A stretch of 63,653 nt of DNA, counting the filler, from Asterionella formosa (lineage: Eukaryota): NCBI GenBank assembly GCA_002256025.1. It is 22 parts of 22 records of this genome, joined end to end, with 100 filler letters (N's around TTAATTAATTAA, not from the genome) between each part and the next. Parts side by side here need not be neighbours in the genome. Positions count along the whole stretch, not along the records: positions 34,816 to 37,612 come from NKIB01014811.1; positions 37,713 to 40,509 come from NKIB01014812.1; positions 40,610 to 43,406 come from NKIB01014813.1; positions 43,507 to 46,302 come from NKIB01014814.1; positions 46,403 to 49,197 come from NKIB01014816.1; positions 49,298 to 52,092 come from NKIB01014817.1; 16 more parts are not named here. One strand, 5' to 3'. The notes beneath the pieces were generated by a model that ran no database searches, was not told the DNA's origin, and saw nothing but the letters and a program-made list of their open reading frames with translations. Within the stretch, counting starts at the first letter, position 1. Each line of letters starts with the position of its first letter. A program made the translations under genes and the position numbers. Positions 37,168 through 50,410 of the stretch are shown piece after piece.

Positions 37168-38264
37168 TTTTGATTTGTTTTCGTTGATTTAAACGTACAT
37201 GTATCATATGAAACGCCTTTTTCTTTGTGGTCGTGTTATGTAATAATTCTTGAGTTGTTGAATTCTACATGACACGCTCCAAATTCATTCAGTCATCTCC
37301 ATGCAGGAACTTTGGTCCATCATCTATGTTTGTATGCACTATAAAATGTAGAAGAAATTTAGTGATGAAAGGGCTTTTGTGTATTCATATAAGGAACAAT
37401 ATTGTTAGTAACATGTACGGTATCGTATCTCAAATATTTATGAATGGATCTCGTATGAAAACGTTGCATGGCTGATGAGGACATTTTGAGAAATTACGAG
37501 CTATTATACCTTTTATCCAGTACCGACATACACTGGCATCATTGCAACAGGTACCCTGGCGCAGATATTGGAAAAATACCGGTGGGTGGTGCCTGGGAGT
37601 TGACGGAAACTCNNNNNNNNNNNNNNNNNNNNNNNNNNNNNNNNNNNNNNNNNNNNTTAATTAATTAANNNNNNNNNNNNNNNNNNNNNNNNNNNNNNNN
37701 NNNNNNNNNNNNATTGTAGACTGATTACCTGAGGGCATCCTATGCAGTTTGATTGGTGGTATTCAATCCAGAAGCAGGAGTCAAGTCAATACAATGCAAT
37801 AAAATGGCATATCCTATCAATTCCATGCATCTGTAGGTTAATACCCTTGTTAACATCATATTTGTGACTGTGTCAGTATAGTTCTGTTGGTTTACTCAAC
37901 AACCAAACAACTTCCTACACCGCTTGATTTATCAATTTCTCCAGAATAACTATCCCAAAAAAAGAAAAGGGGCTATTAAGGATAGTAAAAAAAATTACAG
38001 GGATAGCTGCCACCACTTTTCTCCAGAAGGTAACTCCTGACATTATAGGGTACATGGCTATATATTTTAATCTTGATGAAACCCCACAGATGTAGAAAAA
38101 GAATCCATCTCCAAAAAGTCGACCAAATCAGTTATTTCAAAAGTCACCAAAAAAATTTGGAATCGGAACAAACGAGTATCAACAATGTATGATACTCCAT
38201 CATGTCTAGAATATGGTGGTGTCAATCTTATATAACAAATCACAAGGACTGCATGTCAAGAAAC

Positions 38265-38480
38265 TTATTGATGCGACTGATGTTTCAGATCAATCAGAAT
38301 AAATAATAAATTTTGCTTAAATGAAAAGGGAACAAGAAGAACAGTTTCTCAAAGTTTGATGAATGGGATTGAAACTAGATTTTAGATCAACCTAATAACT
38401 GAAGAGAAACAGTGAGAATTGACAGAGTAAGATCAATAGCAAAAATTAGCAAGAAGGCTAGCAACAATAGGTATAACTAC
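38265..38480 (+). repeat. Dispersed repeat shared with ~43115-43330
   Basis: AAAAGGGAACA.GAAGAACAG.TTCTC.AAGT.TGATGAATGGGATTGAAACT...GAGAATTGACAGAGTAAG.TCAATAGCAAAA occurs in both contigs. Confidence 0.8.
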
Positions 38481-38853
38481 TAGTAGCACAACTGGTAACT
38501 TCTACATAAGCCGATGCTATTAACAAATCCATAAATGTGATAGAAAATGAAGGAAAAGCAGCTACCTCACCCAAGAATTTCTAGATCCATAATCACGGAC
38601 AACCTACCGATCAGCATTTAGCTGGTCTGACCCCACATGTGAAAAAAAATACGTCATAATATAGGGTACAGTTTACAAATTATCCTGTATGATCCAGTAC
38701 TTTTATTGGTTGCACTTAGACATACATCGGTCATAATATAGGATACAATTTACAAATTATCTTGTTTTATCCATGACTTTCAAGGACTGTATTGTAACAG
38801 TTGCGATGTACTCAGGGTAGGTGTAGCTGCTGACCTGATTGCTTTCCATTTCA

Positions 38854-39516
38854 GGTTCCTGCATTTCAACCCTACGGCAAAAATTAAAAAATTGCTTAGG
38901 GTTGCCGAAATTCCCTGGAACTTCGAATTTCTATGTAATAATTTTGGATGACATGATTTCATTTGAAATATTGAAATCAGTTGAAATTTGCGCGTGTATA
39001 GATAGATTCCTTTTCGAATTTGCTAAATATACTATATATACACAGTCTAAATCGCTCGATGAGTATACCAATATTGTCGAATTTTTGAATGACAATTGGT
39101 CAACATTATTGGCAGGGTTTGAAGAAGAGTAAAGTACATAGGTAATCTTCATATAGTCCCAGAAGATAATTTTCGGCGAGAAAGTGCAGAAAGGAACTTC
39201 TATTTTTTAACTAGTCCAAATAAATGTGTTGGCCTGGTAAAATCCACTATTCTCAGCATATTAAAAAAAACGAAGTTCCTTTTTGCACTTTCTCAACATA
39301 TCCTATATATCCTGATGATATAAAGCGTTGACCTATATCCCTACTTTGTCAGAAGACAGTATCTAAGCAAATGGAAAGGGTGTATATTGGTGAAAGCTCT
39401 GTTTAGTGATTTACATTTCTTGTGAAGTATTTGTTTGACTTCTTCCCCTGGTAGTCTGACTTAATATTATTATTTTAACCCTAGTACCTCTAATCTAGGG
39501 TTTAAAAGCAGGAACC
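38854..39516. mobile_element. Complete 663-bp MITE with 21-bp TIRs (Kolobok-like)
   Basis: GGTTCCTGCATTTCAACCCTA versus TAGGGTTTAAAAGCAGGAACC (19/21). Flanks are TTCA and TTAA. Internal ~33-bp inverted repeat at ~39178-39210 and ~39261-39293. Confidence 0.85.
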
Positions 39517-40619
39517 TTAATAATAAAGAAGAAATCACAGTCTACTTCATGGAAGAATAGTAGACTACTCCTGCATGTATGTTTGTGGACGATTTCAGAA
39601 CTCACATGCTGCAGACGAATACCGGGTTATTTTACCCCCAAACCGTTTTGTTTAACTCAATTGTTACCACAAAAACTATTTTTATCACTTTTGGTTGATC
39701 CTATAATTAGCGGTACCAGCTACCGGTGCCAGGTACCAGGATTTTTAGTGCCGATTAGAACAGTTCTGGTACCAGGTACCAGGTAGCATATTCGTTCGGA
39801 CCTCGTATATCAATCACCTCAAGTTCTCATTTGTCCTGTGGTCCTCCTCTTGTTTCAATTCATTTCACGGGTGATTTTTGTGATTTCATGACAAATCCTT
39901 GTAGGTGGTTTTTCAGGTACCAGGTATCATAGTCATGCCGAGAGGTTGCAGCTGAGTTTCTCCATTTAGGTAGAGGATTAAATTCAAAATGACGTCGTTA
40001 TATATTTTACCGTATGGCTGGATGCAATTTTTGGGGCCACCGGGTAGACCCTGTAGGCCTAGTATTAGCATAAACCCCAAACCTACAGTATTTAATATTT
40101 TGCGCCTGGATTGGCATGTTATAATCACATCCACCATGTTGTCATTATTCTGTTGCTTTACTCAACAATAGAACATCCTCCCATGCCGTGTCAAACAGCT
40201 TTCTTTCCTCCATGAGTAGCACTACTATTAAACACCGGAAGCGGTACAGGACGATACATATGAACTATTTTGTGTTGGGCACGGAGATCCACGCCTACAT
40301 GACCAATGGTTTCACACTCTTGAGCTTGATAGTGCGCAAGCTGGAGTTGAAACTGTACAGGAATGTCTCAAATAATATCATGTAGAAGTTGCAATGAAGA
40401 TACAACAACGATTCCACACCCATCGCTGCGCAATGGACTTCGATTTCATGTTTGTCATGAATGAATGCAACGACAACAACAATCAAGATCGCGGATGCAT
40501 GTGAACATANNNNNNNNNNNNNNNNNNNNNNNNNNNNNNNNNNNNNNNNNNNNTTAATTAATTAANNNNNNNNNNNNNNNNNNNNNNNNNNNNNNNNNNN
40601 NNNNNNNNNCCAGCCAAGA

Positions 40620-42325
40620 CGACTGCTTTGGACAATTCTCCTCCAAATTTACGACCCTACACCAGCCATGATGCAGACGAGGAAATCCTTGTCCCAGCGC
40701 GCAGCACCCTTTCCAACAAGCAACATTGTTGACCTAATTTCTGAATATTTTGCTTGCTGCCTCGCTCATGATTGCTTGAAATCGACCATGATGTCAAATT
40801 CGGCTCAGCTGATTGCAGACTATTATTCTATCCGCTCCTTTGCTTACAAGAGAAATAATGACAGGACAGGACAACTACACTTACCATGCATTTCCTCACT
40901 TCTGTACTTGCTTCGATAATGACGAGCCAGAGGAGAGGCCTTTTTGCTATCAAAGCACCAGCAAGCCTCAGCCAAGCTCATCCTCTTGGGCACAGTGATG
41001 AGCTTGGATGCCGCCTTGACCATTTGGAAGGGCGTTGTTACGAATGGGAGTCTTTCCACACATTCGAGAGCGACGTTTTACCTTTGGACCAGAATTTACT
41101 GTGGAAACCTTTTTGAGCCATTGGAAGATGATGATGATGTTGATAGTACAATATTGTCACACTGTGGCAGGATCTCAATCAGCAGCCACCTGTGGAGTAC
41201 TAATCAAAGCAGTATTCTTGGACCATGGGAGCGCAAGTGACGAGTGATTCAAATGCTACTAGATCAGGACGACTGCCCGATTCTCAAAGCTTCACTCCTT
41301 TCAAGAACTCAAGATACACTCATGTTGATCTCCTCCAATAAAGTACGACCACTTGACGACAATATACAGGAATTTTTAAAGAAGCACTTGAGGATTTCTG
41401 AGTTGAGTGGGGTTTGGCTTCAGAAATGTTACGCATTGGAGAAGGAACGAGTCATTTTATGCATGTCCATATCGAAAACTTTTCCAGCACTGACCAAGAA
41501 CAAGCCCAACAACTGGGGTGGCCATCACATTGTCAACTCACCACTCTTCAAAGCTGTTTCGAGAAATGACCTACTCAATACTGTATGATTGACAGCCGCC
41601 ATTGGATCCTTCATGGGTAAATTTTAATCAGACAAGAAAGTGGATGAAATGAGCTTGACACTTCGTGGTGGCCGTGTTATTTTCTCCAAGGGCAAATTTA
41701 TATTGGAAGGAAACAACACCAAGCAAGGTGGAACAAGCTCTAAGCAACCACATGGAGGATTCGGCAGCAATGCTCCCTCAAGATGCCAAGAAAAAGTCTG
41801 TTGTATCTGCCTAGCAAAGAAATCCCGTTTGTAGAGGAGCCGAAAGTGGTTTACCAAGACGAGAAAGACAACACTATATTGCAGAAGATACCCGGCACAG
41901 TTGTCACTTAAGATGACAACGATTCTTCTGCCCTTTTAGCTGCTCCTGTGGTATTGTCTGCAGCTCCACCTCGACAAGCTGTGGCAACAAGCACAACCTG
42001 GCGCATAACCAGTAAGAGGACCGCGATTCATTCCACACGATGATGATTCCGTTTCGCATGCATGTCGACCCTGCTCCCGCTAGGACTAACGAGGTTCAGG
42101 ATGAACATTGCCAGCTGGAACCTGCCACACTAATACTATTCAATGCTGTCCTTGTCGATGATCCTGAAATTGCCAGTTCCTCTATTTTTGACCAAGGAGC
42201 AGTTCTTGAAAAAGCCTATTGTTGTTATGTCAAGGGTGGAGAGCGAGTCTTGGCAACATTTGTGGTGATTGGCATCTTAGTTACTGAAGTTGTTCCTCCT
42301 GTTCTTTTGACCTGGCCTACATCAT
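40620..42325 (+). pseudogene. Two decayed pieces of the LRR-TM family seen at 15240-16830
   Basis: About 40740-40930 matches the 3' part. About 41900-42325 matches the 5' part (QAQPGA*PVRG, QLEPATL..FNAVLV, TM segment). Confidence 0.6.
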
Positions 42326-43506
42326 GACCAACAAAACTCCAGCTAAACATAGAACAGGTGTGTGGCACATTTGGCATGCAGCAGTGCTCTGGATGCTTCC
42401 GTTTCCATTTTTTCAAGGCTTTGTATGCTGCTGGGTTGGCTTGGCTTGGGTATCTCTCACACAAATGCCCCTTGGAATCTCACGTCTTTCATCCTTGGCA
42501 AAATGACAAGCGATCAAGGAGCATGGACAACATTATTTTAACTGGTATAATGCTATTCTTTCACCTAACTTGAGTAATGGTGTGGATGAATTTCCAGCAG
42601 CAATTTCCATGCTGTTGACAGTTCTGAAGCATTGTGAGTCAGCAGTTCAGCTTGCTGCTACTGCCACTGCCACTGCTTTTAGAAGCAAGGGACAGTCAAA
42701 TCTTGATTCATCATCAGAATCGGAAGGCAGACCATGACACTGAGTTGGATCCAGCAGAGACTAGTGAAACTACCAGTATTCCTAACTTGGAGGAGGCAAC
42801 CTCATTTATTAGACATGACCTGCCAAGCTATGTTTGCATGGCTGGTCACCGTGATCTCGGTCTTGCTGCTGCTCAAGTGCTTGCATGGGGGTAAGAAGGG
42901 TCCGTCTTTGGTGCTTGATGGATTCTGGAAAGAATCTTTACTGAGATCATTGAATCAAACTTATCACAAGAATGGAACCTCGATTTTCGGATGGCCTGAT
43001 GTGAGAAGCGGCCAAACAGATCATCAATGTCAAGAATATAGCATCAATGGCTATAGTGAGTCACAAGGACTGTGGACTCGACTATAGTCCAATGAGTCAA
43101 AATGGTGCTTTCCCATGTCAAGAAGCTTGCTAACGAGATTGATGTCTTAGATCAAACAGAAGAAGGTTTACATCAACGAAAAGGGAACACGAAGAACAGA
43201 TTCTCGAAGTGTGATGAATGGGATTGAAACTTAATTTTAGTTTAAGCTTATATAATTAAGAAGCAATGAGAATTGACAGAGTAAGGTCAATAGCAAAAAC
43301 TAGCACAAAGGCTAGCAGCAGAAAGAAGATAACAATACTACCGGTAGTGGTATAACATGCAAGTCCTACGTAAGAGGAAACCCGTCAGACGGGAAGGAGT
43401 ATGAGANNNNNNNNNNNNNNNNNNNNNNNNNNNNNNNNNNNNNNNNNNNNTTAATTAATTAANNNNNNNNNNNNNNNNNNNNNNNNNNNNNNNNNNNNNN
43501 NNNNNN

Positions 43507-44067
43507 AGATTTTCAAGAATCAAGCTAGTTGTTAAGCGCATTGAAGCCCTCATTTTGAAGACAAACAAAACATCAACAATCATTCTGCAAGTTGTAGATG
43601 ATTCCTTAACCAGTTTGAATTCGAAAATGATTACCATAACAAACATTGAGCAGCATCTGACAACAAATTTCGACTATCTAGCATTGCAAATTTCTAATCA
43701 AGGTTTGACATCTTCACCATCAGCTACTGAGATGCCTGCAGTGAAGGCAAAAAGTGTCATCAAACCTACAGTTGAATTTGAATTGACAGCTAAACCTGCA
43801 TACAAGGATCATATTCCACAAACCACAGTTGGAACCATAACTGAAGCAATTGAAGTAGCCAAAGTTGCGAAAGTTGGTGATGCATACAATTCTACATTGA
43901 TGACAACCGGTATGTGTGATGTGTGTGGTGACATCATCATTCAATTGCATCAATGTATCATCTCTTACAAAAAACATATATCAGGCTATCAAGTTGCAGG
44001 TGAGCAAGGAACAACATGTTCTAATTGTCTTGCCAAAAGTAAAAGACGTCGAATTGGACAAATATAA
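43507..44067 (+). CDS. 3' fragment of a hypothetical protein with a C-terminal Cys cluster
   Basis: At least 170 aa open, ending CDVC...HQC...CSNC and a basic tail. Family not recognised. Confidence 0.4.
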   Translation, partial: RFSRIKLVVKRIEALILKTNKTSTIILQVVDDSLTSLNSKMITITNIEQHLTTNFDYLALQISNQGLTSSPSATEMPAVKAKSVIKPTVEFELTAKPAYKDHIPQTTVGTITEAIEVAKVAKVGDAYNSTLMTTGMCDVCGDIIIQLHQCIISYKKHISGYQVAGEQGTTCSNCLAKSKRRRIGQI

Positions 44068-46402
44068 TTAAGATGAATTAAAAGGAGATATATTTTATTA
44101 TACACCTAATAGAATATAGAAAGAAATCCGAATCCCACTCAGGAGCTTTGAAAAATGCATACTGTGCCATTTCTTCCTTTAAATAGCATTTTCGCTTAAA
44201 GTCATTCACTAAATCATTTTGGTAGTCTCAATACTCAAAAATCATTCAACATCAAATTTGCATTATTGTTAACAGTCATTGCATGCCAAGTCATTCTACA
44301 GTCATCTACATTATTTTTGATTTCTTTATGATTTGATGCTAACTTTGATGATGTGCTTTTTCTCTCAAAAAATAGTTTTTCTGCTCTTTGTAATTTCGGG
44401 AGAGGAAATTAACAAATCAACTGCTCTAAGAAAGATTTTGTGATAGCAAGTATGCATGAGAAGAGAAGCGATCCTGGATTTCCTTGCAGGAATTGTCAAT
44501 GACAACGGATGCAGCAATGATTTTTTGTACTGTTTGGTGTTGCAGCTGATGCAATGCCCAGCAATTTTCCGGCAGACATTATATCAACAAGTACAGGCTT
44601 GTCTCACCCTCCACCAGTGGTCAATTGATTGAACCTATCCACTGAAAAACTTCATATGCCTAGATTCCACCAGAGAGAGCAGCTGACATCTCCAGACACT
44701 TCATTAACCCTCCGGAAATTGATTCCTTTACATCTGAAGGTAACTGTAAAATTCAATATTCACATCGCATTATCTTTGTTAGCAAAGTTGGCAGTGGTAG
44801 AAAATGATGGAGCATCTGAAGTCCATGTTTCCGGAAAGCTGCATGGTAAAACTCAATCAAAAGATGCATTCAAGAATAGCCCTCTTTCATAGCAATCTGA
44901 TTGGGAAGAGATGCTTGTGCAATGTCAGGAATCTCTGCACATCAGGATGAGCCCCCATGGCAGTACTACAAACTTGTCCATCATTTTTTTCATGCTCCTA
45001 TAGTTTGGCAAGCCCGACGGCAGATTCAATTGAAGAAAATTCAGCTGTGCAATGTTGAACCCGGTTTCAGGTTTAATTTGGGCCAGAGATTCAAAATAGT
45101 ACCATTTTGCATGCATCATGATGAAAGGATATCATGTCCTCCTCTGTCCTTTTAGGATTCAGAGCAGCCGCCATGCGATGATGAGCAGTCACAAAACCGC
45201 TTTGTATGTCATAATTATCAACCAATTTTCATCGATTGACAGGCCTGAAAACCTTTGTGTCATCGTCTGCAACGGAAAGGTTCATGTTTGCAATCTTGTG
45301 GAGCATCTATAGCAAAGTGCCAAAAAGGCCAACGTTTCTTGCATTTGTATTTTAATGTGCATTCAAAAAGATACAACAAAGGATAACATGAAGACGACGT
45401 GGTTGCATAGCAACAACGCAATGACGAAGAGGTGTGGCTTTCACAGCAGTCGCTTTTGAAAAAGTTCCGCAAAGCCAAGGCTCATCGCACTCCTGCTAAA
45501 AAGAATCCACAATGACAAATGATACAAGGCGTGAATTTATGCCTCGAGCATGAGCATGAGCATGAGCACGATCACGATGATGACGACTTCGGAGCAGGAG
45601 GAATGGATTGGGATGATTGTTTTGCGATTTTAATGGAAGATGAGAGTACTACAATATTGGATTTACCATACCGGTGCCTCTACTGAAGTACCACCGGTAA
45701 GACTACCGTATAATGATGGTGAGCGACAATCTGGTTTATACTGATGTTCATCACTGTATAATAGTGTAAAGTGTTTCTGACTTGGTATATAATAACCAGG
45801 TTATTAATACTGCTTCACTATAATAACCGTGGTTATTTGTCATCAAGTCTGACTTGGTGGCGTCAGACTTTGGACTCAAGTCCAGACTTGGTATAAATAT
45901 CTACATGCATAGTCTGATGTATAGGTAATGATATGCATCATAGATCAAGGTGGAGATGCTCTAAACGAGAGTCGTATTTACGAACTACACACTATACATA
46001 TGATCCCGTAATGCGCATTATGTACAATAAGATTTATGTAGACCTCCTCCAATTTACGATCAGGACTTTCTGCATGAGGATCATGAGCTATTGATGATGG
46101 GTCCGAAACGCCGGACGAAGTAGAAGCCATTCTCGTCTGTGCATTTGTTCTTGCCATTTTTTTACCCGTGTACCGGTAATACGGTAGGGGGTTGGACCTA
46201 AATTTCAGGATGCTAGCGACGAGAAGTGACGGATTATAAAAGTTCTCCAATCCTCTAATTAATATTTTCAGGGCGCCGTGGTAAATACCAGATACCAGTA
46301 GANNNNNNNNNNNNNNNNNNNNNNNNNNNNNNNNNNNNNNNNNNNNTTAATTAATTAANNNNNNNNNNNNNNNNNNNNNNNNNNNNNNNNNNNNNNNNNN
46401 NN

Positions 46403-46962
46403 CGTCTGGATGCCGGGATGTTCGGGCGGTACAAAGGGTTCACCGGCACGCAAGAGATAAGGAGCAGCAGCCATGACAATACCAAGGAAACCATTGGCAC
46501 CACCACCACTGGTACAGTGGACAGAGCGAGCGTTGGCAAAGAGTTCCTTGCGAAGGCGGGTTACAGTGAAGGCTGTAGGTTTGCCCTCGATCGGCGTCAA
46601 GAGCGGATGAGGGAAGGGGAAAACAGCGGAAACGATTGGAGTCGTCATGGTGGAAGAAGGCCTGAGAGACAGGGACAGCGAACGGGCAAGCGGTGCTGGA
46701 CGGTTGATTGTTGAGACCAGTGCTGGTTTGCACTGTCGACAAGACCCGCAACTTCGCAGGTGCGGACAAGAGAGAAAGAACAGATATTGTAGTTCTGTTG
46801 AGGGGAACCTTATCGTGAATAAAGGTGAACTACAATATTATGACTATTCTATTGCTGTTCCAAGTACATCGTTGTTAGCACTCATGCATGTACCTAATCT
46901 GGTGGCTGCGCCGGTATGGTTCGTACGGCGCATGTATGGAGCATCATATGCAGATATTAACA
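46403..46962 (-). mobile_element. gag: Ty1/Copia (CoDi-like) 5' end: 167-bp LTR (46796-46962), leader and gag start (ATG 46648)
   Basis: The LTR is nearly identical to 14722-14888. Gag N-terminus LTPIEGKPT...LRKELFANARSV...GGGANGFLG is open to the contig end. Confidence 0.9.
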
Positions 46963-47518
46963 AGTCGTACCTGGAGTTGAGGAAACATTGTATGGTGCCA
47001 CGTACCAGGTATTGTACCTGGTACCAGGTACCGGTAACCCTGGCATACTACCTGCTACCAGGTAACGTATTGCTTCGCTCCAGTGCATATTTTGTACCAC
47101 ATGCATCATGCACATGAAATGATGGCTTTTCGCCTTAATTCTTTTTGCTCCATTCTTCCGGGTTGTCATGAACCCACTTGGTTGTTTGTTTCTTTGGTCA
47201 CGTCCGGTAATACGGTTGCCCCTAGTATGAGGCCCAACGGGTGAACAATTCTTTTAGTCATTATGTCGCTGGTACTGGTACCAGGGACCCCCCTTCTTGG
47301 CTACTACCACCTGGTACCCCCTAAGATAGTTTGCGGTTTCAGCATCATGTCATGATTATTTTTTCTCAAACACGCTCACAAAAAGGGAAAAAATCAACAA
47401 CATATTGAACAAGTGTTAGCAGCCGCAACAAGAACTATGATAACTGTTGGAATACTCATGCGGTACGTTATCAGATCTTATGAAGAAGCCCCTGTGTGGC
47501 ATAATATGGTAGTGAGCG

Positions 47519-48196
47519 ATGGGCACTACAGACAATCTTTGCTTCTCCAATAATGTCAGTAACTCACAGTTGCTTATTCGCAACGTCTCTTCCAGGCCTC
47601 CTTTGATTTCCTATGCTTTCCTCTGTTTTTGTATTTTCTTGTTTGGGAATATTTTCTTCAAGCTGGAATCACTGATTTTTCGACCCATGAGGATGAATGC
47701 AATCCCATTAGAACAACACAATCTAGTTGAAATGGTCCCAAATTCGGCATTGTTTGTTGTATGCGGAATTATACCAGTTCTATGCTTTGCAGTTGATAGT
47801 GACGCCCTTACCAGATGCTGCACGCTGTTTCTAGCCATCGGACTTACAGGTTTTGTCACTGACTTTCTCAAGTTACTCTGTCCCCAAAGGAGGCCTAACT
47901 ATTACCAAATGGTGGAGTTTGATGAACAAAATGCAAACATGTCATTTCCTTCTGGTCACTCCAGCCTCGCCTTCACTGCCATGCTACTTTTATCACTAGA
48001 TCTTAAAGAAAAGTTCCGTAATGCACCATATTGCCTCACATTTAGCCCCATGTTGGTGGCACTCCTGGTTGCATGGAGCCGAGTCCATGATGGTTGGCAT
48101 TTTAATGTTGATGTTTGTGCTGGTGCTGTCATTGGCATTGCTTCTGTTATTATAACTTATCAAATATGGTATGTTATCAAATGTGATGTCTGTTAA
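47519..48196 (+). CDS. PAP2-superfamily lipid phosphate phosphatase
   Basis: All three catalytic motifs are present: KLLCPQRRP (Kx6RP), SFPSGH and SRVHDGWHFNVD (SRx5Hx3D). Several TM segments. The true 5' end is uncertain (possible intron). Confidence 0.9.
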   Translation: MGTTDNLCFSNNVSNSQLLIRNVSSRPPLISYAFLCFCIFLFGNIFFKLESLIFRPMRMNAIPLEQHNLVEMVPNSALFVVCGIIPVLCFAVDSDALTRCCTLFLAIGLTGFVTDFLKLLCPQRRPNYYQMVEFDEQNANMSFPSGHSSLAFTAMLLLSLDLKEKFRNAPYCLTFSPMLVALLVAWSRVHDGWHFNVDVCAGAVIGIASVIITYQIWYVIKCDVC

Positions 48197-48640
48197 AACC
48201 ATAAGTTTGGACTGTATTCTGTTGTGTCTATAAGACAACAATGTCCAGAAGAAGTTCAGTGTCCAAAAAACAGTTGACAAAGGAGGCTCTATTGATGTAA
48301 ACAAGATAAATAATAAAGAATAAGCAAGAGCATGAGCAGAACTCATGACAATTATACATACAGTATACCCATACTTACTGACTGATCCATCCCTATTCCT
48401 TCACTGGCAACATGGCTCCTTTGTTTTTCTCTCTTTGTACTGTACCTCACTTTGATCCACTCACTGTCTATATCTTGTATGTTGACCTCCATATTTCCTG
48501 ACATACTCCTGTGATCCTGCAAGCTAACAGTTGCTGGATCAACCTTAATCTCGTTTCTAATTTTCTGAAAAATTATGACCTGAAGTGGCTTTGTAAAAAT
48601 AACTGCAACCATCTCTTGTGTGGGGCAGTACTGGTATTGA
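48191..48640 (-). mobile_element. Decayed Copia 3' end: RNase H tail, PPT and ~313-bp LTR (48503-48191)
   Basis: YCPTQEMVAVIFTKPLQ..FQKIR motif, then ACAGGAGTA, then TGTCAGG...GGTTTTAACA. Confidence 0.7.
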
Positions 48641-49297
48641 AATGATGAAATATACTATACTATACATATCTACACTCCTGACTTACTTTCTATTTGTCCC
48701 AACACATGTTGTTAAGATACCCTTCAGGTATTTGTTTAATTAAATATATTTTTTATTGGCTAGATTCATCGCCAAGATATAAAGAAAGTAGACAGCCACG
48801 TATATCATCATTTTTCTTAACATGAATTCTGGAATGATGAAAGAGATTACCGGTATCGGTATTCATGTTGCTTCATTCATTTTACGCATTTGGCTGTACT
48901 GCCATAGTGGCAGATTGACATGTACCAATAGCACATTGACTGATATATCGGGTACATGGGACTCAGTTAACGACTAGGTAGTCTACCAGGTACCGACCGG
49001 TACAGTGGTTAAATATGGTGACGACCGGTGTATATTTGTTGTCGATTACTGGTACGGTACCAGGGTACCTGGTACCGTACTCCTGTCAGGACATTGGCAA
49101 CGGTAGTCTACTCCCACCTCGTACTGTATGCATTCCATACATTATACAGTATTACTGGTCCAGTGCCAGGTACCTTCCATGGAGTAGCATGGAGGAANNN
49201 NNNNNNNNNNNNNNNNNNNNNNNNNNNNNNNNNNNNNNNNNTTAATTAATTAANNNNNNNNNNNNNNNNNNNNNNNNNNNNNNNNNNNNNNNNNNNN

Positions 49298-50410
49298 TAA
49301 CTAGAAGTAGTAGTATTTGTTGAATATATGAGCTTATTTGTTAATCCTTGTGTGTAACTCGTTCTCCAAGTCGACACCAAAGTATACAATGAGGGTTAGT
49401 CGAGTTCTCTCATTATTGAGTTCTGATACATATATGATATAACACTAACCCTATATACATCTGTATTGATGCGCAAGATCGCTCACTCTCCCACACCAAG
49501 GGAAAACCTTTTACCTTTGAAAAGGTTTGATGTAATGGATATTAATTCGTTCCGTTGTATGCATAGTTTGTTGAAAAGTAACTGTACCATAGGATTCGAT
49601 AGTGATGTAGGAATAACAATACGTCAGGTATCTCCTGGATTCTTCACAAAATACATTAAATGTATATGATGAAAATTGATAGAGGGAAAATTTAACAGAT
49701 GTGTTTGGTTTGTTGATTGAGAATGAGATGAGTTGTTTGATTGAGAATCAATTGTATATCCAGCAATTGTCTATCATGTATTGAGTAATATTCCAGAGGA
49801 TATTGAATATTGTTTGCCAAAATTGGATGATTGAGGGAACAGGTAAACAAAGGTTCATCATCTACTTCAATTGAGAAAGTAGAAATGGATGTTGATGCTG
49901 AAGATTTCGGTCCAATATCATCCCCCACCAAAGACTCAAGCCTCGGGAGGCGAGAGATAGAATCTGTAATATTTCACATTATCAGTACCCTTCATATTGT
50001 GAAAAGTGAGAAGATATTCTTCAATATAAATCCTCCACCGGAGAACACGCTGAGTTTCTGTGTAGGGTAATAAAGAAAAAATATGATGTTCAGTGTGAAC
50101 ATGTAGAACCGCATTCAATGACATAGAGCGAAATTCTTTGAAAGTTTCTTAATTGACAATCAGAAACATTAGTAAAAAATATGGAAAGGAAAATTACGAT
50201 CAGGATAACTCATGAGTGTATCTGCAACTAACAATACTTTCATTGATGCACAAGTTTGTTGATGTATGCATAGGTAACCATACAAATGGTCAAGTTCCAT
50301 TTCAATCCTGTTTTAAGATTTGAAGACCAAAGTTTGAAGTCGGTTGGAGTTTATCGATATCCCAATGAGTCAGTTTCTTTAACAGACCATTTCATATAGA
50401 ATGGTGCTGG
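49298..50410 (-). mobile_element. pol: Decayed Ty3/Gypsy 3' part: RT and RNase H remnants, PPT and 3' LTR (49485-49298)
   Basis: KWSVKETDSLGY, DTLMSYPDRNFPFHI, ETFKEFRSM and TQRVLRWRIYIEEY. TGGGAGAG precedes TGAGCGATC, which matches the LTR at 13676. Confidence 0.85.

Noticed and set aside
44100..45500. Decayed minus-strand transposase-like gene
   Set aside because: Coding-like fragments are present, but no catalytic motif could be assigned with confidence.
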